NCBI GenBank assembly: GCA_945874695.1
Contig: CAMCHP010000002.1
Span: forward strand, 23,473-87,472
From: Chryseobacterium gleum
GTDB lineage: Bacteria; Bacteroidota; Bacteroidia; Flavobacteriales_D; Sanyastnellaceae
DNA length: 64,000 nucleotides
Reading direction: 5' to 3'
How positions within the stretch are numbered: position 1 is the stretch's first letter; each line of letters starts with the position of its first letter. The notes beneath the pieces are model-generated. The model was not told the DNA's origin. It made no database searches and worked only from the letters and a program-made list of their open reading frames with translations. The translations under genes and the position numbers were made by a program. This document shows, in pieces, positions 38,211-49,300 of the stretch.

Positions 38211-41200
38211 ATGAAGGGGAATTTCGGATTACTACTTCTGCTGTTCTTTGGGCAGACCATTTTGCTTGCGCAACAATGGCCTGAACGATTTAAGCATTTT
38301 TCGATTGATGATGGCCTCACAGCGAACAATGTTACCGCCATTCAAGAAGATGCGTTTGGGTTTATTTGGGTGGGCACCGAAGAAGGGTTGAACCGATTCG
38401 ACGGCAGCAATTTCAAGCATTTTTTTGCCTCCGACCAACCGGGTGCAATGGCCGGAAATTACGTCATGGATCTTTTGCACCTTGGCGCAGGCAAAATGCT
38501 AATTGCTTTGGCCAGCGAGGGACTTCAGGTTTATGATCCTGCCAACGAAACCTTTGCTTCGATTGCGCATCCCATGGCCGAGAACCAGTTGCCGTATGCC
38601 AATGCCCGCGCATTGATCTTCGAAAGTGACAGCACCGTTTTAGCCGCTTATTGGAAAGGTCCAAAATCATCAGGCGGCTTGGTTCGATTCAAGCTGCGTG
38701 ATTTTAGTTATGAAATCTTATATCCGAACCGCATCTTACAGTTGTCAGCATTGAGCCACGGAATCAACGATGAAATTTGGCTCAGCGGCGATTCACTGTA
38801 CTGTTTGAATTTCAATGATGAACCGGGCATCACTCACTTTGAGTCACCCTTTCGTTTAACGAAGAATGTGCCTTACTATACGGGCGTGCTAGCCGACGAA
38901 CACGAAGTTTTGGTTGGTTCACGTGGCGAAGGCGTTCATGTGCTTGATCGAAAAACACGGCTGTTTACTGAAAAGCACGTGTATCAAGAAGAAGGGGTGA
39001 GCATGGTGTTTAACCAAGCCATGGTGCTTATGCCTTATCCTAGCAAGGCGAAAACCTATTGGGTGGTTACACGCGACAAAGGCGTAGCCGCTTGGGATCG
39101 GCAAGCGGGTGCATTTCACTTCATCGACACGCATGAAAAATGGAGCACCACTCGCGGAGAAATCATGGGGCGTTGTGGGTTTATTGATCACCGGGGCATT
39201 GTTTGGTTTGGTTCAAACTCAGGACTTTTCATGCACTCTGAAGACAACTACCAAATCGGCTACAGAGATTATTCTGAAGCAATTGGGGTTGAAAATGAGT
39301 ACAGTTCCGTTGCGCGAATCGCCCCATTAAACGACCAGCTTTTTGTGAGCGTCGCCCGTGCAAGGGGTTCCTTGCGCTTGCATGCGAACACCCTGAATTT
39401 TGACACGTATGCACCCGACGAAGGCTTCACCGCGGATGGGAATGAGTACCGAATTGATATTACAAGTTTGCGCCTAACGGCGGATGGCAAAATTCGCGCC
39501 TCAGGCTACAATCGATATTACGAGTTTGATTCAGAAAGCAACAACTGGAAGGTTCTCCTCGACCTGAGTCCAGAAATTGATCCGATTTCAAAGTACAGCG
39601 GATTAGTAACTTCTGAAGAGTCGAGCAACCAGCGTTACTGGTGGTTCGGTACAATTGACAATTGGCTTGCACGCTATGACCGTGCAAGCGGAACCTTGAA
39701 GACGTGGTGGCTTAGTGGCGAAGGTGAGCAACGAAAAAAAGTGATCTCACCCGATGGAAAACTGGGTGTTGCCAACCGGATTTACAGCATCGCACCTGAC
39801 AACGATGACGGCGCCTACGTTGCCAGCTACAACGGTGTTTTTCATGTGACCGACCAAGAAATCCGCCCCTTGAAAGACGATTGTGCGGCTTGCGGCTTCT
39901 TTGAACGCAACGCCTACGGCAGAATACAACGCAACGGCGACCGCCTAATTTTTGCTACAACGGCCGAGGGGGTTTATTCGTACGGGATATCTGACCAATC
40001 TGTTCGGCAATACAACCGGGAAAACGGATTGCCTAGTTTGCACATCGCAGACTTCGCAATTGACCCCGCTGGGCGCATTTGGGGGGTTTCTCCTGGAGGG
40101 CTTTTCTCAATCGATGAGAAAGCAAGCACCAAAGTGCGTGCATTCAACGAAGAAGACGGTTTGTTCTATCGCGACCTCTCTTACCATTACATTAGCATTT
40201 TACCTGATGGACGGGCCATGGTAGGCATGCATTATGGCATTGCCTGGTTTTATCCTGAGCAATTGCGTGCCCAACCGTCGCCTGAACGAACCATACTGCA
40301 TGAGGTGCGCATCAATGGCGCACCGGCAATTCCCCAGGGCAATCAAATCACGATTCAGTATGGCGATGGCTTAGAGGTTGCTTTCAGCGGCTTGGGTTTT
40401 GTTCAGCCTGACCGCTTTATGTACAGTTGGCGTATTCCGGGGCGCAGTGATTGGCAAATGGTTGAAGAACCCCGCGTGTTTTTTCCTTCATGGCGCGAGG
40501 GAGATTTTACCCTTGAACTCCGCGTGGGTGACGAAAATGGCAATTGGCTTGACGATACCATTCAACTAAACATTTCGGTAGACACCCCTTTCATGCAAAC
40601 CGATGCGTTTTGGTGGTTGCTCGCCGTGCTCTTCGTGGCCTTGATTTATGGTTTATACCGCACCCGCTACATCCAATTGCGCAAGCAAGCCCGCATTCGT
40701 TCAGAATACGGCCAGCGCATCGCCGAAATCGAAATGCAAGCATTGCGGGCACAAATGAATCCGCATTTCTTATTCAACAGCCTCAACAGCATCAAGTATT
40801 TCATCATTCGAAATCAGACCGACTTAGCAGCCGATTACCTCACGAAATTCAGTCGCTTGATCCGTTTAATTCTCTCGAATTCGAAGCAAGAACGCGTGAG
40901 TTTGGCCACCGAATTAGAGGCATTGCGCCTTTATGTGGAACTGGAAGGGTTGCGGTTTGATCAAAAATTCGACTTTGAATTGGTCGTTGATTCGGCCATT
41001 GAACCCGAAGAATTGGAGCTTCCACCCTTGCTTATTCAACCCTTTGCAGAGAACGCGATTTGGCATGGATTAATGCATAAAACGGATGCTGGTAAACTGT
41101 CAATTCGCCTATCTTTGAAAGGAAACGAGCTGGTTTGCGAAATCGAAGACAACGGCGTAGGACGGAAAAAAGCCGCTGAAATGGGCTCTAAATCGGCTAC

Positions 41201-41360
41201 CCGCGGCAAGAGTTTGGGCATTGACATTACCCGAAATCGACTCGAACGCATGATCAAGCTGCAATCGACCGACCGCATGATTGAAGTTATTGACCTCTAC
41301 ATGCCTGATGGCACAGCCTGCGGCACACTGGTGCGTTTGCGAATCCCTATTCACTTCTAA
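38211..41360 (+). CDS. sensor histidine kinase with periplasmic two-component-regulator propeller repeats, Y_Y_Y domain and LytS-type kinase core
   Basis: Signal/TM MKGNFGLLLLLFFGQTILLAQQ. Reg_prop-like repeats (ITAIQEDAFGFIWVGTEEGLNRFDG). TM near FWWLLAVLFVALIYGLY. LRAQMNPHFLFNSLNSI (His_kinase family) and an HATPase C-terminus. The upstream ORF extension contains the terminator hairpin, so ATG 38211 was chosen. Confidence 0.88.
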   Translation: MKGNFGLLLLLFFGQTILLAQQWPERFKHFSIDDGLTANNVTAIQEDAFGFIWVGTEEGLNRFDGSNFKHFFASDQPGAMAGNYVMDLLHLGAGKMLIALASEGLQVYDPANETFASIAHPMAENQLPYANARALIFESDSTVLAAYWKGPKSSGGLVRFKLRDFSYEILYPNRILQLSALSHGINDEIWLSGDSLYCLNFNDEPGITHFESPFRLTKNVPYYTGVLADEHEVLVGSRGEGVHVLDRKTRLFTEKHVYQEEGVSMVFNQAMVLMPYPSKAKTYWVVTRDKGVAAWDRQAGAFHFIDTHEKWSTTRGEIMGRCGFIDHRGIVWFGSNSGLFMHSEDNYQIGYRDYSEAIGVENEYSSVARIAPLNDQLFVSVARARGSLRLHANTLNFDTYAPDEGFTADGNEYRIDITSLRLTADGKIRASGYNRYYEFDSESNNWKVLLDLSPEIDPISKYSGLVTSEESSNQRYWWFGTIDNWLARYDRASGTLKTWWLSGEGEQRKKVISPDGKLGVANRIYSIAPDNDDGAYVASYNGVFHVTDQEIRPLKDDCAACGFFERNAYGRIQRNGDRLIFATTAEGVYSYGISDQSVRQYNRENGLPSLHIADFAIDPAGRIWGVSPGGLFSIDEKASTKVRAFNEEDGLFYRDLSYHYISILPDGRAMVGMHYGIAWFYPEQLRAQPSPERTILHEVRINGAPAIPQGNQITIQYGDGLEVAFSGLGFVQPDRFMYSWRIPGRSDWQMVEEPRVFFPSWREGDFTLELRVGDENGNWLDDTIQLNISVDTPFMQTDAFWWLLAVLFVALIYGLYRTRYIQLRKQARIRSEYGQRIAEIEMQALRAQMNPHFLFNSLNSIKYFIIRNQTDLAADYLTKFSRLIRLILSNSKQERVSLATELEALRLYVELEGLRFDQKFDFELVVDSAIEPEELELPPLLIQPFAENAIWHGLMHKTDAGKLSIRLSLKGNELVCEIEDNGVGRKKAAEMGSKSATRGKSLGIDITRNRLERMIKLQSTDRMIEVIDLYMPDGTACGTLVRLRIPIHF

Positions 41361-41371
41361 TTCATTAGCTT

Positions 41372-42109
41372 ATGCGCATTGCGATCATCGATGACGAAAA
41401 ACATTGCTCAGCAACCTTGCGTTTTGAATTGGAGCGCCTGCCGGCGGATGTGCAAGTCGTGGGCGAATTCAATGATGCCCTTGAAGCCGTTAAGGCCCTA
41501 CCAAAGTTGAATGTTGACTTGCTATTCTTGGATATTGAAATGCCTCGGATGAATGGCTTTGAGTTACTTCAAGCCTTGCCCGAAGTGAATTTCGGCGTGG
41601 TATTCACCACCGCATACGACGAGTTTGCTTTGAAAGCCTTTCAATTCAGTGCCATTGATTACTTGCTCAAGCCCATTTGTGGCGAACACCTCCAACATGC
41701 CATTGACCGTTACAATGAATTGGGGCGCAAAGGCGTAAGCGACGAGCAGCTTGAGTTGCTCTTTGGTCGTTTGGAAGGAAAAACCATCAACAAAATAGCG
41801 CTACCCTCTGGCGAAGGATTAGACTTTGTGTTGCCGTCAGAGATTTTGCGCTGCGAGTCGCAATCGAATTACACGACGGTTTACTTCATTAACAAACGCA
41901 AAGTGTTGGTTTCTCGAACGCTGAAAGAAATTGAAGAGGTTTTGAGCGGACATGGCTTCTTTCGGGTGCACCATTCACATTTGGTTAATTTGAATTGCAT
42001 TTCGCGCTATGTCAAAGGCAGCGGGGGCTATTTGGTGATGGATGATCAAACCGAAGTCCCGGTTTCGCGCAGTCGAAAAGACGATCTGCTTGGTTTATTT
42101 GCCCGATGA
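41372..42109 (+). CDS. LytR/AlgR family response regulator (REC + LytTR)
   Basis: REC domain with DLLFLDIEMPRMNGFE. C-terminal LytTR domain (FFRVHHSHLVNL). Starts 11 nt after the kinase stop. Confidence 0.92.
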   Translation: MRIAIIDDEKHCSATLRFELERLPADVQVVGEFNDALEAVKALPKLNVDLLFLDIEMPRMNGFELLQALPEVNFGVVFTTAYDEFALKAFQFSAIDYLLKPICGEHLQHAIDRYNELGRKGVSDEQLELLFGRLEGKTINKIALPSGEGLDFVLPSEILRCESQSNYTTVYFINKRKVLVSRTLKEIEEVLSGHGFFRVHHSHLVNLNCISRYVKGSGGYLVMDDQTEVPVSRSRKDDLLGLFAR

Positions 42110-42226
42110 GGCCTTGACCACCAACCACCTCCGAAAAACAACCGTTTACAAACTGAAATTGCAACTGGCTCAATAAGCGTTCTGCGCCTTCAACGGCTTG
42201 CCTAACTTTGCTGCAAAGTGAAACCC

Positions 42227-43168
42227 ATGAGAACTGTGAATGCTTGCCTCGCCCTTGCTTTGGCGATTATTTTTTCTGCGTCTGCCCAAGCGCAAATCGT
42301 TGATCGCACAACCGATCGCGCAACCCAAAAAGCCAACGACCGCGTTGATCAACGCATTGACCAAGGTATTGATAAAGGTCTTGACGCCATCGAAGGTGTA
42401 TTTAGAAAAGGAAAAAAGAAAGATAAAAGCGCTTCAGAGCAAGCTCCAGAACAAACATCAGACAATGAGACGAGTAGCACCTCAACCACAGAGTCACAAG
42501 CGGCCTATGGCATGTTTGGTGCGTCTTCAGCCGAGTTAAAGAGCAACTACGATTTCGATCACCAGGTCGATATGCGCATTGAATCTTTCGACAAAAAAGG
42601 CAAGAGTGAGGGCGTGCAAACCATGCAAATGTACTTCAGCGACAGCGAAACCCACGTTGGGGTAAAAGCCATCATGGAGGGCATGAACTCAGTATCAATC
42701 ATTGATATGACGAAGTACCAAATGATTATGCTGATGGATATGGGCGGTTCGAAAATGGCGATGGCGATCGATTTCGATCCGTCAAAATTCGCCACTGAAG
42801 TTGAAACAACCGATGACGCCACGGATGTTAATTTCCGCAAAACAGGCCGTACCAAAACCATTTTAGGTTACTCGTGCGACGAATACATCATGGAAGACGA
42901 ATCAAACACCGTTGAGTATTGGGTAACCCGCGAAGAACAACTCGACCTGTTTAAGGCATTCGGTGCAATGGGCGCTTCAGGCAAAGGCGCCGGGGGTTTC
43001 TCAAGCGTGACTGAGTACCCCATGGGTATGACCATGGAATTCACCTCGACCGAAAAAAAGAACGGTGAAAAGGCAACCATGCAGGTGACTAAAATCCAAC
43101 GCAACATCAACTACAGCATTTCCACAGCCGGCTATTCGCTTATGAATATGCCTGGCGGTGGGAAATAG
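42227..43168 (+). CDS. secreted hypothetical protein (possibly DUF4412)
   Basis: Signal peptide MRTVNACLALALAIIFSASAQAQ. Low-complexity linker, then a beta-rich domain of about 200 aa with KTILGYSCDEYIM. ATG at 42227 preferred over GTG at 42218. The family name is tentative. Confidence 0.5.
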   Translation: MRTVNACLALALAIIFSASAQAQIVDRTTDRATQKANDRVDQRIDQGIDKGLDAIEGVFRKGKKKDKSASEQAPEQTSDNETSSTSTTESQAAYGMFGASSAELKSNYDFDHQVDMRIESFDKKGKSEGVQTMQMYFSDSETHVGVKAIMEGMNSVSIIDMTKYQMIMLMDMGGSKMAMAIDFDPSKFATEVETTDDATDVNFRKTGRTKTILGYSCDEYIMEDESNTVEYWVTREEQLDLFKAFGAMGASGKGAGGFSSVTEYPMGMTMEFTSTEKKNGEKATMQVTKIQRNINYSISTAGYSLMNMPGGGK

Positions 43169-43191
43169 TGAAAAACTAAAAACTATAAATG

Positions 43192-43228
43192 AAAACGGGG
43201 GTGACTTTTGACAGTCACCCCCGTTTTT
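43192..43228. terminator. bidirectional rho-independent terminator between convergent genes
   Basis: AAAACGGGGGTGAC ttttgaca GTCACCCCCGTTTTT: perfect 11-bp stem (43195-43205 with 43214-43224), flanked by A4 and T5. Confidence 0.75.
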
Positions 43229-43242
43229 CCTTTAATCACGTG

Positions 43243-45411
43243 CTAGAGATCAAGTATTGTAAACTCGGTACGGCGATTGAATTGATGATCGGCGTCAGCG
43301 CATTCCACATCGTTGGCACAATGGTTCAGCAGGCGGGTCTCGCCGTAGCCTTTTGCTATAAGGCGGCTGCTATCAATTCCTTTCGAAATTAAGTAATCAA
43401 CGGCTGACTGTGCCCTGCGCTGCGACAAGCGCAAGTTGTAAGCATCGCTGCCACGGGCATCGGTGTGTGAACTCAACTCGATTTTCATGGTCGGGTTGTC
43501 GCGCATGATTTTCACCAAGCGATCAAGTTCGCGTGCCGCATCCGTGCGAATTTCATGGCGATCGTAATCGTAATAGATATTATCCAATCGAATCACCTTG
43601 CCTTTTTCATACGCAAAGAGCTGCAAATCAGAATAAATAATGGTCGCTGGTTTACCACGGGTATCTAAAGCAATGCTCTGTGGCGGGTATGCGGCCTTGA
43701 ATGCTTCAAGGGTGTACTGCGATTCCGGACTCAACCCAAAGTGATAGAGGCCGTCTTCAGTAACCACCATTTCTTGCAACACAACGCCATCAACACTCTT
43801 TAAAAGTACAGTCGCGCCGTCGGCAGGTTTGCCGTCATCCGAATAATAGACCCGTCCTTCTGCCGCGTAGGCATAAGCCGTGAGCGGTAAATCGACGCGG
43901 TCAAGGTAACCCGATTTGTCGCTGCTGTTCACCTTCACTTCCTTCTGAAAGTAGCCGTTCTTCACGCCAATTATCGTATACGTTTGGTCAAAGGGCACTT
44001 GAAAGCGGTAATTGCCATCGGCATCTGTATTGGCAACCACTTGGAGCACTTCGCGGTTTTGAGCATCTTTCAATAAGATGGTCGCATTGGGGATCGGACT
44101 CATCGTTGCAATATCTATCACCTTACCGCTGATTTCAATGGTTTCAGCCTTGCGCACGATGAACTCATAAATGTCGTCGTCGCCCTCACCACCTTGGCGA
44201 TTACTCGAAAAATAGCCTCGCAAACCGTCGCTGTATGTGATTAACCCAAAATCGTCAAAAGAGCTATTGACGGGGTATCCAAAGTTGCGCACAGGTACAG
44301 ACTCATCATCCAATGTGGTGTAAAAGAGGTCTAATCCACCCAGCCCAGGATGCCAATCTGACGAAAAATAGAACGTGTTTTGCGCATCGATAAACGGAAA
44401 CATTTCATTGCCCGGGGTATTGATCTTGGGGCCTAAATTGACGGGGTTGCTCCAGAAATCGAGGTTTCGGTACGACACATAAATGTCGGTTCCGCCGAAC
44501 CCTCCGGGCATATCACTGACAAAGTACATGGCTTTGCCATCTGCAGAAATCACGGGGTGACCAATTGAGTAGGCCGGGTCATTGAATGGGAAAGGTTTCA
44601 GTTTTCCGATTTCAGTGCCGTTGTAGCTCGCGTAATAGATTCCCAAATTCAGATTGTTGTCGGCGTCGGCGTTGCGTTTGCCTTTGTGGTGGTTGTTTCG
44701 GGTGAAATACACCACTTTCTGCTTTCGGTCAAACGTGATTGTTCCTTCGTGGTAGCGGCTGTTGGTTTTGTTTTTAATCACCTTCGCTTGTGACAAGGAA
44801 GAATCAGGATTAACCGTCGCGCGGTACATGTTCAGGTACGATTGATCGGTCCAATTGTACGTGCGACGACGGCCTTTACCTTGCTTTCGTGCGCTCGCAA
44901 AAATTACACCTTCGTCACTGAATGCGGGCGCAAAATCAGACTCGGGTGAGTTGATGAGCGTGGTTCTGATTTCAAAACGCGCGCTGTCACGCACAATGCG
45001 CGACGCCCAGTCGTTGTCGGTATACCCAACCAAATACGGGTCGTTCGTAAAGGCCAAATAGCGTTCATAAACCATCACCGCAGCATCGTACTTGCGATTC
45101 ACTTTGAGCACATACGCCAAGCGTAAAAGGTCTTCAGGTTTGGCATCTGGCAATGTTGACAAGCGCTGCAAATGCGGCTCGGCAAGCAGGTGCTGATCAA
45201 TGCGGATGCGGCTTTCTCCCGCGCGGCGCAAAGCCAATGCATCGTCAGGTTTCTTCCTCAGAATGTCTTCGTAGATCTCGGCGGCCTTTTTAAAATTAAA
45301 GGTCGAATAGTGTTGGTCGGCCAGTTTGTGCCGATGCTTTTGCGCGTGCAAAGGCAGAGCTCCTGTGATCAGAAACCCAACCAAGAATATTAAAAGCAAA
45401 TGGCGTACCAT
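43243..45411 (-). CDS. OmpA family protein (TPR + TolB-like beta-propeller + CarboxypepD_reg-like + OmpA C-terminal domain)
   Basis: Signal peptide. C-terminal peptidoglycan-binding motif ELSSHTDARGSDAYNLRLSQRRAQSAVDYL. Last gene of the giant-adhesin operon. Confidence 0.85.
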   Translation of the reverse strand: MVRHLLLIFLVGFLITGALPLHAQKHRHKLADQHYSTFNFKKAAEIYEDILRKKPDDALALRRAGESRIRIDQHLLAEPHLQRLSTLPDAKPEDLLRLAYVLKVNRKYDAAVMVYERYLAFTNDPYLVGYTDNDWASRIVRDSARFEIRTTLINSPESDFAPAFSDEGVIFASARKQGKGRRRTYNWTDQSYLNMYRATVNPDSSLSQAKVIKNKTNSRYHEGTITFDRKQKVVYFTRNNHHKGKRNADADNNLNLGIYYASYNGTEIGKLKPFPFNDPAYSIGHPVISADGKAMYFVSDMPGGFGGTDIYVSYRNLDFWSNPVNLGPKINTPGNEMFPFIDAQNTFYFSSDWHPGLGGLDLFYTTLDDESVPVRNFGYPVNSSFDDFGLITYSDGLRGYFSSNRQGGEGDDDIYEFIVRKAETIEISGKVIDIATMSPIPNATILLKDAQNREVLQVVANTDADGNYRFQVPFDQTYTIIGVKNGYFQKEVKVNSSDKSGYLDRVDLPLTAYAYAAEGRVYYSDDGKPADGATVLLKSVDGVVLQEMVVTEDGLYHFGLSPESQYTLEAFKAAYPPQSIALDTRGKPATIIYSDLQLFAYEKGKVIRLDNIYYDYDRHEIRTDAARELDRLVKIMRDNPTMKIELSSHTDARGSDAYNLRLSQRRAQSAVDYLISKGIDSSRLIAKGYGETRLLNHCANDVECADADHQFNRRTEFTILDL

Positions 45412-45431
45412 AATTTTCGTGTTTTGGTGGG

Positions 45432-46355
45432 TTAAAAGAAGCGCGGCGAAATGTCAGCGCCCGGTTGGCGTCCAAAATCAACCCCGAGCATAATCTCGTG
45501 GCTGCCGGTTGAATAGGTTCTGATTTCCGTTGTCGAGAAGTCGTACGAATAACCTACCCGCAGCTTCTCATTGATGACGTATTGCAGCAACAAGCCTACC
45601 GATTCTTGGTAGCGGTACATCCCTCCAACCCAAAAACGCTCATAGAACATAAAGTTCGCGGTAAGATCAAACGATGGCGGAGCACCGTCAACCACGCGCA
45701 ACATGCCCGATGGCTTGAAATAGATGTAGTTGTTCAATTCAATCAGCGTTCCGGCAGCTAAGAAGAAGTGGCGGCGCTCGCGGTTGGCATTGAACGAGGG
45801 CAAACTTGAATCAATCAACTGATTGGTAAGCAACTTCGGGGCACTCAAACCTACAAAGCTCTTGTCAGAGTACCACAACACACCCGCACCAAAATTGGGG
45901 AGCGGTTTGTTGCTGATGTTCGCCTGAAAAACAGGGTCGTTCGCATCAACCGGATTTAACTCCAAAAGATTCGCCTGCAAGAGGTTGAGCCCTGCTTTCA
46001 GTCCAAACGCAAGTTGGCTTCGGTCGAAGAAGATGCGGTAGCTCACATCGCCGTACAAGCCGGTCATGCGCACAACGCTGTGACTGTCGTTGACAATGGT
46101 GCCGCCCACGCTGATGCTCTCTCGTTTGAGCGGACTGTGAATCGACAGGGTTTGGGTGCGCGGGGCACCATCAAACTCGACCCATTGGTGCCGATAAATC
46201 GCACTCGCCGTAAGCACGTCTGCACTGCCTGCATACGCCGGGTTCACGGTAAGCATGTTAAACATGTACTGTGTGTACATCGGGTCTTGTTGTGCTTTTG
46301 CGCCTAAAGCGGCGGATGAGAGGGTAAGCACGAAGAGGTATTTGAGCGCTTTCAT
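45432..46355 (-). CDS. PorP/SprF family type IX secretion system membrane protein
   Basis: Signal peptide followed by the hallmark QQDPMYTQYMFNMLTVNPAYAG. About 300-aa beta-barrel-like sequence ending in F. Starts 8 nt after the giant gene stop. Confidence 0.88.
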   Translation of the reverse strand: MKALKYLFVLTLSSAALGAKAQQDPMYTQYMFNMLTVNPAYAGSADVLTASAIYRHQWVEFDGAPRTQTLSIHSPLKRESISVGGTIVNDSHSVVRMTGLYGDVSYRIFFDRSQLAFGLKAGLNLLQANLLELNPVDANDPVFQANISNKPLPNFGAGVLWYSDKSFVGLSAPKLLTNQLIDSSLPSFNANRERRHFFLAAGTLIELNNYIYFKPSGMLRVVDGAPPSFDLTANFMFYERFWVGGMYRYQESVGLLLQYVINEKLRVGYSYDFSTTEIRTYSTGSHEIMLGVDFGRQPGADISPRFF

Positions 46356-46363
46356 AAGCCTTG

Positions 46364-49300
46364 TTATCGCTTGAGGTAAATGAATCCGTTGTATACCGGG
46401 ATATTCAGTTCGCCGAGATCCAAAATGAAGTAGTAGGTACTCACAGGAAGTTCTTCACCAATGGTTGCCGGGTGCTGAGAGCGTCCGTCCCAGTCATTTT
46501 TGTACGGCGCGGCCTCATAAACCAAGGCACCCCATCGGTTGAAAATCTTAATGCTGTTGTTGTCGTACTTGAAGAGGTTCGGAATCTCAAACACGTCGTT
46601 AATTCCGTCTCCGTTTGGAGAGAATGCATCAGGGATCTCCAGCGTAAGGCAATCGAGCAAAGTGAAGCTCACTGAATCGGCTGATGTACCACACGGACCG
46701 TTATCCACCGTCCAAACGATCGTGCTCACCACCGGCGTCAACGGCGATTGAATGCTGCCTAAACTCCACACGGTGCTGCTCGGATCACTCAAATCACCAA
46801 TGTCAATGGGTCCTTCGAGTACGGTCCATGTTCCCGAAGCGGGGAACTCAACCTCACTCGCTGGCAGGTTGAAGATGTTAAAATCATCTTCACACACTTC
46901 GAGGTCGGTGCCTGCAAATGCCGTTGGCAACTCCGGATCAAAGACCACAATCGTTACTTCATCCGACGTTATTCCGCAGAAACCATTGTCAACCGTCCAT
47001 AAGAAGGTGTTCACCCCAGGCTGCAAGTTGCTGATGTACGTGGCTTCATTGTTCACGTTCTCAAAATCAGCGCCTCCTTCGAGCACCGTCCACGTGCCGG
47101 TGGCTGTGTTTCCAATGGTTTCGCTGCCTTGCAACTGCAATTCAAGCGGTGCACCACACAAAGCTTGGTCTTGACCCGCATCTGCGGCAGCAACACTCAA
47201 GTCGTTCACGAAGATCGACACCGTATCGGTGGTTAAGCCATTTGCACACGGACCATTATAGATGCTCCATACAAAAATGTTTTCGCCTAAACCGAGGTTG
47301 AACACGGTTGAATTCGGTGCGTTGACGTTGGTGATGTCACCCGCCCCACTGATAAGCGTCCAAGTACCCACCGCGGGTTGCAAAGGTGTGTTTGCCGCCA
47401 GCACTGCGCCACCGAATGGGGTGCAGAATTCTTGGTCGTCACCGGCTGCAGCGTCAGGTGAATCGGGGTTGTAAATGGTGATCGTCGTGATTGCGCTTGA
47501 CGCGTCTTCACACGGACCATTTGACACCGTCCAGCTCAGTACGGTGGTACCAATGTTCAAGCCACTTATCGTCGCTTGCGGATCAGTCACGTCGCTGATG
47601 CTGCCGCTGCCTGAAAGCACACTCCAAGCGCCTGTCGCTGGGAAGATCGGAGCTACTGCGTTCAGTTGAACCTCGCTGTCTGGGGCGCAAATCTCTTGAC
47701 TCGGACCCGGATCAGCCGGCGCATTCGTCGCGTCAAATACGGTTACCGTAACGAAGTCGAAGGTATTGTTGTTGAGGCAAGGGCCGTTGTAAACGGTCCA
47801 TTGCAAGATGTGCGTGCCGGTTGGCAAGCCGCTCAACACCGCATTCGGATCATTGCTATTCGAAATCGACCCGCTGCCTGAAACAATGCTCCAAGTTCCT
47901 GTTCCAGGTTCAGTTGGCGCAACCGCTTGCAGCGTTACCTCACTCACCGGTGTGCACACATCGATGTCTGGGCCAGCGTTTGCGGCCGCGGCATCTTCAG
48001 TGAACACCAAAATATTCACCGTATCTGTGGTCACAGCATCTTCGCAAGGCCCATTGCTGATCGTCCACTGGAACACGTTCGTGCCTGCTCCAAGGTCAGA
48101 TACTTGCGTAAAGGGTGCTGTAACATCGGCAATGGTTCCGCTTCCTGAAAGCACTTGCCAGAACCCTGTAGCAGGGAATATTGGCGCATTGGCCTCGAGG
48201 AAGGTGCTGTTGACCGGTAAACACAACTCTTGATCAACGCCCGCATCCGCAGGGGCTTGATTTTCATCAAAGATGAAGACCGAAACCGTATCGCTGCTCA
48301 GCGCCAAATCACACGGACCATTATAAACCGTCCATACGAACACGTTTTCACCCACGGCAAGCGCACTCACCCCGGTCGTTGGTTCAAAAGGTGCATCAAT
48401 ACTGCCTGTTCCTGCGAGCAATTCCCACGTTCCCGTATTCGGTGAGGTCAAAGGCGCAGCAGTCAACGTCGTTTCGGCTACCGGTGAGCAAAAGAGTTGA
48501 TCGTTTCCGGCTGACGCCGGGATGATGTCCTCCTCAAAAACATAGATGGTTACTGTATCGGGGTTCAGGGCAAAGTCGCACGGCGCATTGTTGATGGTCC
48601 ACACGAAGGTGTTTGCACCCAGCGTCAAACCTGAAACAAAGCTGTTTGGATCGTTGATGTCGCCGATGCTTCCACTGCCTTCGAGCAGCGTCCACGTGCC
48701 AAAGGCGGGGAATATCGCCGGAGTCGCATTGAGCAAGGTGCTGTTTTGCGGGAGACAGAGCTCCTGATCGAGCCCTGCTTGGGCATCCGGATGGTTCTCA
48801 TCGTAAATGAAGATCGACACAAAATCAACGGTCGGTTCAGCACATGGCCCGTTGTAAATGGTCCATGCGAAGATGTTTTCACCAATGGTCAAACCGCTGA
48901 GCGCTGAGTTCGGATCGTTGATGGCATTGATTGTACCCATGCCGCTAACGAGCGTCCACGTTCCGGTGCCAGGTGTGGCAGGTGTATTGCCGTTGAGCAC
49001 GGTGGTGCTGATGGGGGTACAGAAGAACTGATCGTCGCCTGCGGCAGCCACGGGTGCCTCAGGGTCAAAGATGCGGATTGTAACTTCGTCGCTGCTGAAA
49101 CCACATGGCCCGTTATCGATTACCCAAGCGAACACGTTCTCACCAATTGAGAGGTTCGTCACAAGGGTATTCGCATTGTTCGCGTCGGCAAAGGTGCCTG
49201 TACCGCTGATCACTTGCCATGCGCCAACTGCAGCGCCTGTTGTTGCGTTTGCGTCAAGCGTTGTTTGCGTCGTTGGGAAGCAGAATTCTTGGTCTTCACC

